A stretch of 64,000 bases of DNA from assembly GCA_023213395.1 (NCBI GenBank), contig CM041465.1, forward strand, positions 164,555,741 to 164,619,740. The letters are read 5' to 3'. Shown piece by piece: positions 47,539-60,866 of the stretch (position 1 is the stretch's first letter; every line of letters begins with the position of its first letter). This stretch comes from Cycas panzhihuaensis (lineage: Eukaryota; Plantae; Cycadophyta). A program made the translations under genes and the position numbers. Under the pieces are notes generated by a model that worked only from the letters and a program-made list of their open reading frames with translations, was not told the origin of the DNA and ran no database searches.

Positions 47539-50500
47539 ACCATTTCGAGTGCTTCCCTTTCTATCGTGGTATAGTTATATTCGGCCTTTCTCAACTTTCA
47601 ACTCACAAAATAAATAGAGTGATCCACCTTATCATCGCTTGGTTGCACTAATACACATCCGATGGTGTATTGCAATGTGTCAACATGCATATGGAAGATT
47701 TTTTTCTAATTCGGAAATCTTAATATTGGTGCGGATATGATGGCTTTTTTCAATGATTCAAAAGCATGTTGTTGCTCAATACTCCATTCCCAATCCACGT
47801 TTTTTTTTAATAGTTCTTCCAAAGGTCTCGATATACATGCATACCTTCTAATAAATTTCCTATAATACCCTATCAATCCTAGGTATCCCTTTAATTGCTT
47901 TCTTGTAATCGATACTGGAAAGTGTAGAATTACTGACACCTTAGCCGGATCGGCTAGTAATCCTTCGTGGCTCACGATATGCCCTAATAGATTTCCAAAA
48001 GGTACCAAAAATATACATTTCTCCGAATTTAAACATAGTTTATTTTCTCGACATGTCTGTAATATTTCCCTTAGATTATCCATATGATTTTTCATGAGTC
48101 TGTACAATGTCCAATCATCTAAAAAAACTGCCACTTTTTTTCCAATCATTTTGCGAAAAATATTTATAACGATTCTTTGGAATGTGGCTAGGGCATTGGT
48201 AAGGCCGAAGGGCATTACCTTGTATGCATATGTTCCCCATTCCATAACAAAGGTCATCTTCGCTTTATCTTCTAAGGCAATTTGGACCTAATTATATCCA
48301 CTAAATCCATCCGTGAAAGAATATATCTCATTCCCTCTTACTGCTTCCAAAATATCTTTAGTGAATGGTAGCAAAAAGGAATTCTTCTTTGTTACTCTAT
48401 TAAGTTGTCTATAATCCACATAGACTTGAATTTTCCCATTCTTTTTCGAGACTACCACTATTGGACTCACCTAATCACTATAGTCAATTTCGTAAATGTA
48501 CCCGACTTCCAACATTTTGTCCAATTCTGCTTTCACTTTCTTTTTGTATTTCAGATTCACACGATAAGGTCTTTGCTTTACCGGTTTAGCTCCTTCGATG
48601 AGGTCAATATGATGCATCCCAATTTCTAGAGGAATGCCTTTAAGATTCTTAAAAGACCACATGAAAACCTTACAAAATTCCTCAAATAACTGTTGGGCTT
48701 GTGCCATGGTTTGGTCATCCCAGTAATTCCCTATTCGTATGTTTTTTGGATTTTATTCACTTCCTATGTTGATTTTGGTTGATTTTACTTTTGTCATTAT
48801 GCCCCTTTGTTCATCCACATGATGGCCGAGGCTGTCTTCAATTTTTCTTTGATCATAGTTGATTTCTGTAAATTCTACGGGATAGTTGTGGTTTTCTTCT
48901 TCTTCTTCCTCTGATTCCTCACTTTCTTTTCTACATACTAATGATATTATTTTTTGTTCTAGTTTTATACTTAGTTTTCTATTTGTTTTGAGTATTTTGT
49001 TAATTTTCCTATTGTCTGACATATGCGAAAATGTTTTTATGAATGACTTCTTAAGGTTGCTCCATATCACATCTAGGTTTTGTTCTTTTCCCATGAACCA
49101 ACTTTTTGCCACTTGACCTAGGGTATGGTGGAAAAGATTATTCCAAGTGTTCCTAGGCAGGCTTAGAAATATCCACTCTTGCTTACATATTTGTTTGTGT
49201 TTACTTGGGTAATTTCCTACGTAAAACAATAGGACGTTTGATTGTTTGGGAGGATTGAATCGAATTCTAAAGGTCGTTTGTAATTCCTTCCAATTTTTTA
49301 AGGCGGTTTGGTGGGCTAAGTACCAATACCACACAGTTTCTCATAATGTCAATACCAGATCTGATTCCCATTGAATTTTATTTAGGATTCCCTCTTCCAA
49401 CCAATATTCTATGCAATGTATCAGGTGGGTAGTTCTGAATAACCAGTCTCTGTAAAAAGGTTTTACATAGTCTCCAATGTATGTTTCGTGATTCTCTTCT
49501 TAGGAATGGTAATCTTGTTTCCTAGACCTGAGTCTCTAGGGATACCTTCCACTAGTTCCCTTTTTTCTTCCTCAGATTTGGTTCCAATGGTTGAAAAGGA
49601 CCTATCATTGGGTGGGTGTACCTATAAAGAAGATGAGGAGGGATTGTTATTTCCTTCCTCGGGCTGAGACGGGGATAGGGAAGGGTAATATACCTTAGGA
49701 CCCATGCCAAAAGTAGAGGAAGGGTTAGTGTTGGGGTTAGGGTTAAGGAATATGGGTTTATTGGAAAGTTAACTAGCGTAGGGGTCTAGATTAGGGGTAT
49801 CGGGATTTGGGTCTAGGGTCTGAGTTATACTATCATCATTTCTTACACTATTCTCTATGTTATCATTAGTACTCATATAATCAAAAGATTTAGAATTAAT
49901 ATTAATATCATCAGTTACATCCCTAGAAAGCAAATTACACCTATACGATGAAGGGTTGACTTCATACGTGTTTTGCAGCCAATAATCCACAAACTTTGTC
50001 ATGTTCTCGTCGTCGGAAGAGTTGTAAATTTCCCCAAAGTAAATTGGTTCCATCTCTTGATAATTAATTAGCTTGGTCAGTTCTTCTGTTGTATGGTATA
50101 AGTTGCTTTCATCAAAAGAGGATGCAGTTTCTTTGCTTGCGATTGTTGTACTTGAAGCATCATCTAATATTACCTCAATCGAATTTTTTCCCAGCATTGG
50201 GAGGACCACTTCACTTCCTCCATCCACTAATGTGAAGGTCACATCCCTCCAATTCTGTAGACATTGAGTTTTATATAACCATGGATAACCCAACAATGTT
50301 GGATAGGGTATTGCTCCTTTCTCTGTTTCCACGATGGTAAAGTCGATTCAGATTGTGATTCCCGCCACATCCACCTTTATATTTGCTAGCTTTTTGATCG
50401 GTCTCACCAATAGTTCATTTGCTAACTTGAGTGAGTAGGTCGCAACCTCCAACTTGGGACTTCCCAATTTCTACCACGTTGTGGTGGACAACACATTTAC

Positions 50501-52853
50501 TGCTACTCCCCTGTCCACAATTACTTTTGAAAAATTTTCCCCCAAGACTGTAATTATGACCATAGGATCCAAATCAAATGATAGCATTATCTTTTTTAGA
50601 CTTTTTGTGATTTCTCGTTGTTGTAGTATTCTTGACTCAATCCAATCAATCACTTGGTATAGGGGAATTGTTAAATGCAACTGTTTTACTAGATTTTCTA
50701 ATAGCAACAACATTCGAGGAATATCCTCCACTAGTAAACCCTTGAACAATTCCTCCACTTGAACCAATTGAGGTTGCATTTTTTGCTCCTCTGGTTTTTT
50801 CTCCTTGGGTTTATTTTTTCTAATGTAGACATATTTTGTTTCTAGTTTGCCCATTGGTATCACTGTTTCGGTTTCCTGTCGGGCTAGTTTCTCCAACACT
50901 CGTTTCGCCTGCTTAAATCGATCGATTTCTACTCTAGGGTTTGGATATTCTACACTTTTTGCTTCTTTCCCTTTTTGTTTATTTTGAAGCTTCACATTTT
51001 TTCTATTCTCGGGGATAATGGTCATTAAATTAGTTGTTTTGGCGTTTCCTTTGCATTCTTCAGTCTTATGCTCACTTGGACCACAATTGTTGCACACAAA
51101 TGGTTTATGCTCATAGTCTTGTTTCGTTGGGAAATCCAACTTCCAATGACCAAATTGTAAACAAATCAAACATCTCCCCATCGATCGCTTTTTCTTTGAG
51201 GTTTCTGGTGTGCTCCTCGTTGTATATACATTTCAGGGTGGGTTTCTTCCTATCCCCCGACCACGTCCTCTATAACCTCTCCCTCCTAGGTTATAGAAAC
51301 AATCCCTTGTGTTGTGACTACCCATGTCACATATATAGCACCATTTATTCCTTTGATGCATTGCGTTGTTTTTTGGGTTTATCTCACATTCCTTGGTTGT
51401 ATGCGAGCTTTCTTCACATATGTGACACCATTTTTCGATTTTGAATTCCTGATCTTTCTTCTTCTTCCTCTTTCTTATTTTTCATCCTGAGTCTTGCTAC
51501 TTCTTTTCTTAAGGCTTCAATTTTTTTTTCCTTTTCTGATATTCCCATTTGGCAGAGGGGTCGATTATGTTGATTTTGTTTCATTTCTCTTATCTCATCT
51601 TGTAATCTGAGTAATAAGGGGTCATGTCCTTCGGCTTGAGCATCCATTTCGACTTCAAAACCCAATGCTATCTCCTGAGAATTTTTAAACAACTTTAGGG
51701 GATGTGCATGCATCATAGATCTCAATTTCTCATTTAATCCTCTAACAAAGTAATTCTTTATGTTATGATCTGTAATTATCTCATTGAACATGTTGGTGGC
51801 GATTATTTTCCTATGATTGCTGTGAGTTAGCACTGATTTGCCAAGCCTTTGTTTGATTTCCCTAAGGGCAATTTCGACAGCCTCATTACTGTGAAATTTC
51901 TAAAATCTTTCCTCGAATAACTTCTTTATGTTTGCCCATGTTTATATTTTATCTAGCTCCTTGTACCATGCCAATGGTACTCCCCTTAGTGTATAAGCAA
52001 ACCTTGCCTTTATCTCAACTTCATCTGTGATTTTCTTCATATTGATCAAATTTTAAAATAAATACACATGCTTTGCTGCATCAGATGTGTCATTAAATAT
52101 TAATTTTCTAAAATCCCTTGAGTTGTCCATCCTTGGCGATCGCACTAGTGTCCTTCCCAGTGGTGGTGACCTTTCTCTCTCTGAATTTGACTTCTTCGGA
52201 GATTTCGTTCCCTTCTCCTCACTCTTCGCTTTAGGTGATGTATTCGATGTGCATGGTGTAGCATTATCTCTCCCAAATAGAGGATTTTGAAATGGTGTTT
52301 TAAGATGAATAGGTTCAAGTACTCCTAGCACCTGTACCATTAATGATGTGACCACTAAATATGATTGTTCGGACCCCTTGTCTAGTGAATCTTGAAATAA
52401 TTGTCTTATTTATTTGTTCTCCCAATCTGTTGAGGGATCTTCCTCCGCCTTCTTCTCGTTATCACTTAGGTCCTTCGGGGTATAGTCCACATTTATATGT
52501 TCCTCCTTCCCTAGGGTTTCTTTTTCATTTATAGTGTCACTTTGTTCCAAATTTCCTTTTAAAACTTCCTCCTTTTATGGGCTTAAAAGATCATACTCAA
52601 TTAAGACAGATGTTAGTACCATTTGCTCTCCATTTCTTTCCGCTCCTTATTCTTGAGGTGTCTGAGCTCCACTTGCCTCAAATTCTCCAATGGACTGTCT
52701 CTTAGTCTCATTATTATTCAGGCTCAATCTCCTTGCCCTTCTCAATTTAGATTCCTTTGACCATCGTAATGCCCTTTGTCTACTTGTTTCTTTCCCTTTG
52801 GGTGAAGTACCCTTTTGTGGCTCTCCTACTTTTGAAGGCCTCTTGGGTGGCAT
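47539..52853 (-). pseudogene. Gypsy 2 gag-PR-linker-(capsid-like x2)-RT-RNase H
   Basis: MPPKRPSK start, AYTLRGVPLAWYKELD, CLICLQFGHWK, VIVDRGVAVNVL and WGTYAYKVMPFGLTNA...FLDDW. Confidence 0.92.
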
Positions 52854-52940
52854 TGGAAAGTCCCCTTGTCTTTTGAGCATACTGTCGTTGTGAAACTCTT
52901 GGCCCAGTCCCTCCTCAGTGGATGTAGGCAACGAAACCGA

Positions 52941-53847
52941 TGTTGACTTATGGTTTCCTATCGCCCTAATGAGATAAGCTCACCTATCAAGGGATCATTG
53001 GTTGGTAGTCTGGCTTAAGATGTAGCCAACATGCTTATATTCCCATTAACTATCATTAAGGTTTCTATGCAAATAGTGTTATCACAAATTCATCCTTAAT
53101 TCATCACAATATCATTATGAATTCCACACAGCAGTACACCAATCAGCATATATTCTTTTATACAATCATTATGATACACATAATGCATGATTTTCCACGT
53201 AACTCCACTTTATTAAGCAATAAGGTTAATACATTCAATTTTGGAATATATCCTATATACATTCCAGCTGTATACACACTATTATGTCACATATATTCCA
53301 AAATGGAATGTATCACAAAATGCATTTGCTGAATCATCAATCTATATTGTCCTCCTTGGTATTTATACTATTGTACTACCTCATGGATTGAATACTTGGC
53401 TCTCACCGCTGGATTGATTCCCAAGGTATCATTAAATACCTCCTTTTGATGCCTTTTGAGTGAAAGGTTATGACCCAAAGTCATAACCTTACCTTTTTAT
53501 AACCAATACACCTTTTCACTTAATCTCATGATTAAATCTCTTTAATGGTCTCTTTCCCATCCGTACGTCCATACATACCTCCGTCTGCGCTGACGTCATC
53601 AGATCTGGGCACCCTTGGTTCTGCTCTGGTCATGCATATCATTTTGTCTGCTAGCGTATTCAAAAAGATACGCACCCTATATTGCATACCCGAAAAGGTA
53701 CGTACTTGTCGTACGTACCTGGATAACATGTATCTCATTATTTTCTGTCATGCGTACCTTTGTACGGTTCATACCTACATTCCACTGGTCAATACAAGAT
53801 TGCATTCCATTTTTGCCATGGTTTATGTGCCAAAATGTACCCCAACA
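52941..53847 (-). repeat. Gypsy 2 5' LTR
   Basis: Followed on the minus strand by PBS-like TCGGTTTCGTTGCC. Confidence 0.93.
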
Positions 53848-55369
53848 TTATTTCAATTATTACCATTTATCAATGTATGGAGGTTACACTACATAGATGG
53901 ATGAACTATGTCTGCTACATGATATTTTATGAGGATTTACTACTGTAAAGGTATGCTATCTATTGGAAATATTATCTCTGTGGAGAGTTACTACTATTAA
54001 ATGCATGAAATGTGCTACGAATGTATGTGATTATTACTATTATCTGTTGCTCGAGAATCTAGGCCTGCTTCAACTAGTGTCAAAGCTTACTTTGTTCCTA
54101 AAATTAATACCTACTACATGGATTTACCCATGCTCCAACACTTGTTAGACATCCCTAGAGAGTGAAAATACAGTTATTTATCCTTTATATATGATTCCCA
54201 CATTGGTTTCCACAGAGAATCTGCTAAGTGCCATGTCATTCACATGATTATTTGAATGACCAAAGCTCTATTGGTGCAGTAAATGGTGAATCTATGATCA
54301 ACATGCATTAATCACGATCTATCGTAACATCTTGTTCTCCCTTTGGAGTGTATACTTGTCACATTGCAATGTTAGAATAGTTTTCTCCATTTTAGAAATC
54401 TTTCAACGGAGCTCAATCACAATCCTTTCCAGGTCGTTAACATACTTCTTATGCCTATCGTGCACCTATTATGCAGGAACCCTATTCTTAAGCAACCTAT
54501 TTAAGTGCTGACATTCTTTATCTGTAGCCGAAAGCTCACGAGATCTACGTCAAAATAGATAGGATATTGCCAGGCTTTGTATTCTAAAATGCCCCTCCTC
54601 CTATAACATTTGGCATATTTATGCTTTCAAATTCGCTTTTGTTTTTTGGGCACCCTCATTATTGAAGGCTCAAATAAATCTACAAAGGAGATCGCTCGTT
54701 CGACTAGGTTTGACATGTCTGCTATTTCAAATTGATCAGTCTAGTATATAATCGCTCTGTCTGCCTTCCATGGAAGATGTGTCCATAGGAAAGGACCTAT
54801 TGTGTTGAACAACTCTAGTGGCCTTGCAAAAGGCAAAGCAACAATCAACTCCCGCAAATTGATACACAGGAGATGGAAGCCTTGGTAGTGTGTAGTTCTA
54901 CGAAGGATTGATATGCAGGACTTCTATCTATTTTTATCCTTAGCTCTCTTTTTTTTAAACAATTAATAGTATTTAATTTATGGCTAGAGTCTGCCCCTGG
55001 CCAGCTAGTAGGAGGTGATCTGATAATCTAGTATGATCAAGGGGCAAGCTCTAAAACGGGTTGCTAAAGTTTAATTTAATTTTAGTTTTTTAGTTTGACT
55101 TCTTGGAAAGGGTACCTAGACGTTTTCATCTATAACTCAGGCTATACGTACCAGATTGAAGTACCACCTGAACCATTGGAATCCTAGTTCAAAGATGATC
55201 ATTATAGGTGGTCGTATGTGATAGTTTTGGCCAGTGGATGATATAGATTTTAATCAATGAATTTGCAACTTCTGTTGACCAAAATTTTTTTTAGTATCCA
55301 CAGTTAATATAAAGGAAAATGGATCCAGATTTTTGTAATCTAAATAACAAGAATGAGATGAGGGATTGG

Positions 55370-55609
55370 CTAGAAACACTTGAGATCTATTATGAATAAA
55401 TGTGGGATACAAAAATTGAAGTGTATAGACCATTGTTAAAATACTTCCTAGAAGGAAGAGCTATTGATTGGTTCATAAATTCGACTAAAGAATCATCCAT
55501 ACTCTCCAATTGGGGTTGGTTTCGATCTACATGTATCCAAGCCCTTTGTGAAGACATCGAGGCATTCAAGCTACTGAACGAATTGGCAGAAACCAAAGAA
55601 GAAACAAAA
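55370..55609 (+). pseudogene. Retrotransposon gag (capsid) fragment
   Basis: DWLETLEIYYE*...KYFLEGRAIDWFIN...NWGWFRS, which fits the Retrotrans_gag pattern. Confidence 0.6.
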
Positions 55610-58600
55610 TGTAGCGTGCTCTTTCCTTAAACAACAAACAAAAGCAAATTTTTCCCAACAGATAATAGTAATACAATAGATTTTCAAGCATTTAATAGCT
55701 TTACTTGCACACAAAGGTAATAATTCTAGCAAGATCACATATATTTACAACATATAACCCTTCATAAAATATAATTCAAAAAAAACTTATAGCAGATTGT
55801 ATTCATAACATTCAATTCAACAAACATTTAAAGCATTCATATATACATTGACAAAAATAGTAATAGAGTAATATGGAGAATAATAATAACAAAAAAATAG
55901 CACCTGATACAAATGTCCAATAATGTTGAACCCTCTTTGAAGCAAGAGCGACCCTCCAATAGGCACAAGGCCCTAACGACATGAAGCCATTTTACCAATA
56001 TAAAGAATTCTCCAAGATATCTTACAAATGAGGAAGGATTCTCTATTTATAGCCTCCAAAACACACTCCTATTTTTCCCTCCAAAAAATGGACTTCAAAA
56101 TAAAATAAAAATAAATGATTCTTCTTTTAATTCTCCTAAAAATTAACTTCATAATAATTTCTCTTTATAACTCCAAAACACACTCCTATTTTTCCCTCCA
56201 AAAAATGGACTTCAAAATAAAATAAAAATAAATGATTCTTCTTTTAATTCTCCTAAAAACTAACTTCATAATAATTTCTCTTTATAAAACCGACTTCACC
56301 CTTATTTTAGGAATGCTACAATTCCCCTCCCCTTAAAATGATACTTCGCCCTCGAAGTATCAAGAATTACTTGTAACTCGGTCTAACTTCCAACTACTAC
56401 CTGCTAGATCTTGTATGTCATAAAGATTTGGCTCGATCTTGTGTCTTTTGTGAAGCTTTGTTAGCAAGCGTCTTGAATTTATCGATCCTTGTTCTTGGGG
56501 CCAGATACATGTTGTATCTGGTTCTGTATCAAAAGGATCCTGGGACTTGTGAGATGCCTCAGATGTCTCATCCTGGTCTTGCCTTGTGTTTACACATTTT
56601 GTTTTCAGATGGAATGGTTTATGGAAGGAGAAGTGAGGATTTTGTGAAAAGAATTGATCGTGAGGGTCATGGATTGACGATTACTTATCATGAAAAGGAA
56701 AAGAAGAGATGGGATTATGAATTGAGATTAGGCATAGCTTTGGAGGCACAAGAAGAAGGGGTGACATTTGAATGGAGATGAGAATTTGTATGGTGTTTAT
56801 TGGACCAAAACACTTCTTAGGAAGGAAAGATAGATGAGAGATTAGTGATAAACGTTCTTCATGAAAAAAAAGGATTTAATAGGTTGTTAAGAATGGTATT
56901 CCAACAAAATGAAAGGTTTAACAAAGGAAAACAACATTGGTAGTGTGGAAGTGGATAGGATTGAGAATTATGAGGTGGGGTTTTGTACAGGGTGATCATC
57001 ATACTAAGAGATGAAACCTGGTGAATGGATTGAAATTTTAGGATGTCTAGTTGAGGATGGTCAATAGGGGGTAAAGGAATATGTATGTAAAGAGATGAAC
57101 TAGGATTGCAAAGAAGAATTTGGATTTGTCCTACAAAGAAACTAGAGTTAAGGGGATTAGGATTATGGATAACTATGGGATGGGAAAAAAAGGCCTTTTC
57201 TAGTGCTATTGAATTTGGAAAAGAGAGGACAAATAAAACTACCAAATGAAATGTGCATGTGCAAATTAGGATTTGGAATCATGTTGAGTACCTTGCGGAT
57301 TTCACTTGGATGTCTGACTCTCTTTGCATCCTATATAGGCTCTTCCTTGATTTGTTCCTTGTCCATTTGGTCTTTCCTTGGCTGCTTGTCAATGACTTCG
57401 TGCTACTTCAACCTAAATTGTTCGTCATAGTTGTTCAACTTCAACATGTTCTTTGTCAGTGTTAGACTCATCTTCAAGATGCTCCATTTTTTCCCCTTTC
57501 TATTTTAGGACTTCATCCTTATTATGTTGTACCTCCTATATTGATTTTTCTTAAGGCTCCTATGGTGTTTCTTGGATCTCTTTATCAACAGTTGATTCTT
57601 CTTCTTTTATTGCGCTCTTGTCTAGCTACTTTGATAATCCAATAATTTCCTCACAACCCCAAAATGCTAAGCTGAAATCTATCTTAAACAAACCCCAATC
57701 ATGAATAAATCTTTCCTTAGACCAATTTTTATACCATTGATAAGTTTCACCCTCCAAGTAGTATTGAATACCATAATCCTTGAAATTTGAATATGGTGAA
57801 AATCCAAAGTGTGTTTCAACATGTTGAAACCAATTTGTAGTCGTTAGCCTTCTCTTGGGGCAAATGGCTTAATACCTTGGGCTTTGTGTGTTATGTGCAA
57901 GTATTGTTGTAGTTGTTTTATTAACTCCTCTAACATTGCTAAAGAATTTTTATCTATCTGAATTGTTATTTTTTTCCTCTTTTAACTAAAAGATGTAACT
58001 TCAATGATTAAAACATGTATCATCCGCTAGTCTAAACTATCTATATGACCACTTGAATCGATCGTCTTTGAACTAGGAATCCAACGATTCAGACAACACT
58101 ACAATCTGACACCTGTAGTAGGAGTTAAGGACAAAAACGTACAAGTACCCCTTTTGAATAAAATAACTAGAAAAAAATAAAAATAAAAATAAAAATAAAA
58201 GAATTTTTAACAGCTCTTTATGGAGCTTAGCCCAAGGTCAGATTTGGCAACCATGTGACCACCTGTGAATTTGCCAAGGGCAGATTCCAAAAAAAAATGA
58301 AAGAGGATTAAATTTTTAAAGCTTTATGGAAAAAAATTATTTCCCTAAGTTTCGTAATACACCCTCTGTTTGCAACTAGCCCATCGACAATAGCCTTGTT
58401 TATCACCCATTTGTTGTGTTCTGTCTCAAAAATGTGTGGGCTTCTTGATTCTTGCATGGGCTACAATAATGATATTCAGGCTTCCAATGATTTCCCCATG
58501 ACAACGACCACCCTATATTGGTTCACTGGAATACACCTATTTATGGCCACTTGTCCTCTTCCACTCGCATTACAACACACTTCGACACCACTCCTTTAGC

Positions 58601-59731
58601 TTTGACACGTGCAGAGGACGACGACCATCAAGGCCTTCAGATCATTGCCTCCATTCTAGGATTTTGCATGTTATTTCTTCTCCACTAGAGTTTGTTCTCG
58701 TCCTTATGGGGTTCCACCTCTTACATCTCTTTGGCGCACTGTTTGCTTTCGTCTCGTGAAGTGGACTCCTCATGACAATGATACGATCTCACCTAGTGAT
58801 AAGATCTCACGTTCTCACGTGGACTGTTCTAATACAATCTATTTGACCATCGACTATTCTTCTAAATTAGCAAGCTTCTTGCAATTCTACAAGGCAACTA
58901 GCCTCTTCGATGGTCACCAAATAGCCATTGTGGTCAGTGAATATCCACAACTGGGGAGGTCTTAACGTTACTAATCCAATGTTAGTTCTGAAATATCTCC
59001 TGTCATGCCTTGAAGACACTTGAATCAAGCTCCTTAGCAGACAATGCAAATTCATCTTTGTAGTAGTTCTATAATTGCTCATAAGTGTGTTATCTGCCTC
59101 AAAATAAATGCATGTCTTCTTACTACAGATGAACGTGCACTTGTCGGGCCTCCTTCAAATCCTTAAGACTTGAGCTAAATGTTAGTTGGACAAAATGCTA
59201 CGCAATTTGGACCTCCTGCTGAGAAGAGGGCATCTCCACATGCTATCATAAGAGCTCAAGAAGACAAATGACACTATTGTGAACTCCTATAAAAACTCCA
59301 TATGTTGTTGATAGCAAAATGGTCGTACAAAACCTAATCCACATAGAACTGCTTTCGTTGGTATTGCAACAATTCACAATTTGCTTGTGAGGTTGATACC
59401 ACTTGTAGCGGTCCCAACAAACATTCACAACAGATAGAAAGACTTGGGGAAATTCTCTAACCCACTATGATTTTGGGTCAGCAAAATTATAGTGATTTAT
59501 TCTTCAGCCCCTCAAACAAGGCTCTGATATTAGTTGTAGCAAGATCTTTCCTTAAACAACAAATAGGAGTATATTTTTCCTAGCAAATAACAATAATACA
59601 ACAAATTTTCAAGCCTTTAATAGCTTTACCTTCACACAGAGGTAATAATTCTAGTAGGATCACATATATTTATAGCATATAACCCTTCATAAAATATAAT
59701 TCAACAGGAACTTACAACAAATTGCATTCAC
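55610..59731 (-). mobile_element. Gag-only non-autonomous LTR element (TR-GAG-like); 5' LTR truncated by the Gypsy 3 LTR
   Basis: LTR 55610-56320 (TGTAGC..GCTACA), second copy from 59535. PPT TAAGGGGAGGGG. Degenerate iMet PBS GCTCTGATAT at 59521. Gag motif YYLEGETYQWYKNW...DWGLFKIDF at about 57670-57780. No pol motifs seen. Confidence 0.75.
56054..56287. repeat. 117-bp tandem duplication inside the LTR
   Basis: 56054-56170 and 56171-56287, one mismatch seen. Confidence 0.93.
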
Positions 59732-60860
59732 TGTTGACTTCTTCCTACCCTTATGAGAGTGCACTTGTCAAGGTTTTCCATTGTAGTCTAGGGTGGGCTC
59801 ATGGTCAACATGTGGGTTAGTGTATCATAATATGCCTCGTAAGTCCACAATATAAACATAATCACAACATATTATCTTGCATTATTCATCACATCAATAA
59901 AAACACATAGAAGACATAAGTTCCTCATAAGTCTGGTATTTCATTAAACAAAATCACTATTTACATTGCATTCCTCATACAATACGATTCGTACACTGCT
60001 TCGCTAGTTGTCTGTGCTAGACCAAGCCCCAATGTATTACTTAACTCAGTTGTCACACCAAAATGGCTATGTGAATAAGTTTAAATAGGATATGCATGCC
60101 TATTGGGGAACGATTGTGACCAGAAGTCACAATTGTACCTTTCTAGTAATGCATGCCCTTTGATAACTAATCTTAGGTTAATCGTCGTATTTGTTAATTA
60201 CTCTACACGTGTCCATAAGATCCAGTCTGCATGGCTTGCGCCTGCCTTGACTATTTCGCATCCATTCCCTATGAATTTTGCAGCTATTCCTTGTGTGTTC
60301 TATGTCTGTTATACATTCCTATGACAAAACACACTGTTCTGTGCTCACTGTTTACTTGCTCTTGTTCCTAAGTCCTACATTCCTCATCTCGGATGCTTGT
60401 TGGGGGATTCTCCTACATTTACTAATCATATTAAACCTCAGTCATCATCTATTCCTTCTTTTGGCGCACGAGTTTCCAATTTGACCCTAGTAGCTATCCT
60501 AGGTCAACAAGAATGGTTGAGCATCCTTGTTCAAATTTCAAATTTTCAAAATTTTGTATTCTCCTCCTCCCTCTATAAATCAGGACTTCCCCTACAATTT
60601 TGGGTCTACTAGTGGCTCATTTGCTTGTAGCAATTCCTCATTAATCTGTGTCAAGGTAACTCTAATGGCATCCTTCTCTTTTAGCTTCTCTTGCAAATCT
60701 GCAATCTCCACTTTACACCCTTGTTCCAATTCTTCCAAGAGTTGAACGATCTTTTTTCCCTTGTCTTCCAAGGGATGCTGAGCAGAACCCTCTCTGGGTT
60801 CTGTAACTAACATGTATGAAGGCTCCATCTCCCATTCTTCTGTTAAGGGGTAATGTTTTA
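59732..60860 (-). mobile_element. 3' end of a third Athila-like Gypsy (extra-ORF coiled-coil tail, PPT, 3' LTR 59732-60447)
   Basis: TGTTGACTTC terminus as in the other copies. PPT AAGAAGGAATAGA. KVEIADLQEKLKEKDAIRVTLTQINEELL matches the extra-ORF C-terminus at about 23170-23270. Confidence 0.8.
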
Positions 60861-60866
60861 TCATGA

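Larger units (their letters stand above)
35439..53847 (-). mobile_element. Athila-like Ty3/Gypsy element 2, full length, TSD TTATT
   Basis: LTRs 35439-36287 and 52941-53847 (TG..CA). TTATT at 35434-35438 and 53848-53852. Same domain order and homology as element 1. Confidence 0.95.

Noticed and set aside
5858-53847. One large inverted segmental duplication (Gypsy plus Copia)
   Set aside because: Copia insertion sites and TSDs differ, and the Gypsy hosts are far more diverged than the Copias.
54560-54670. Mutator-like transposase tail (PKKQKRI*KHKYAKC..EEGHF on minus)
   Set aside because: Requires frameshifts, and no DDE/SWIM domain or TIRs were found nearby.
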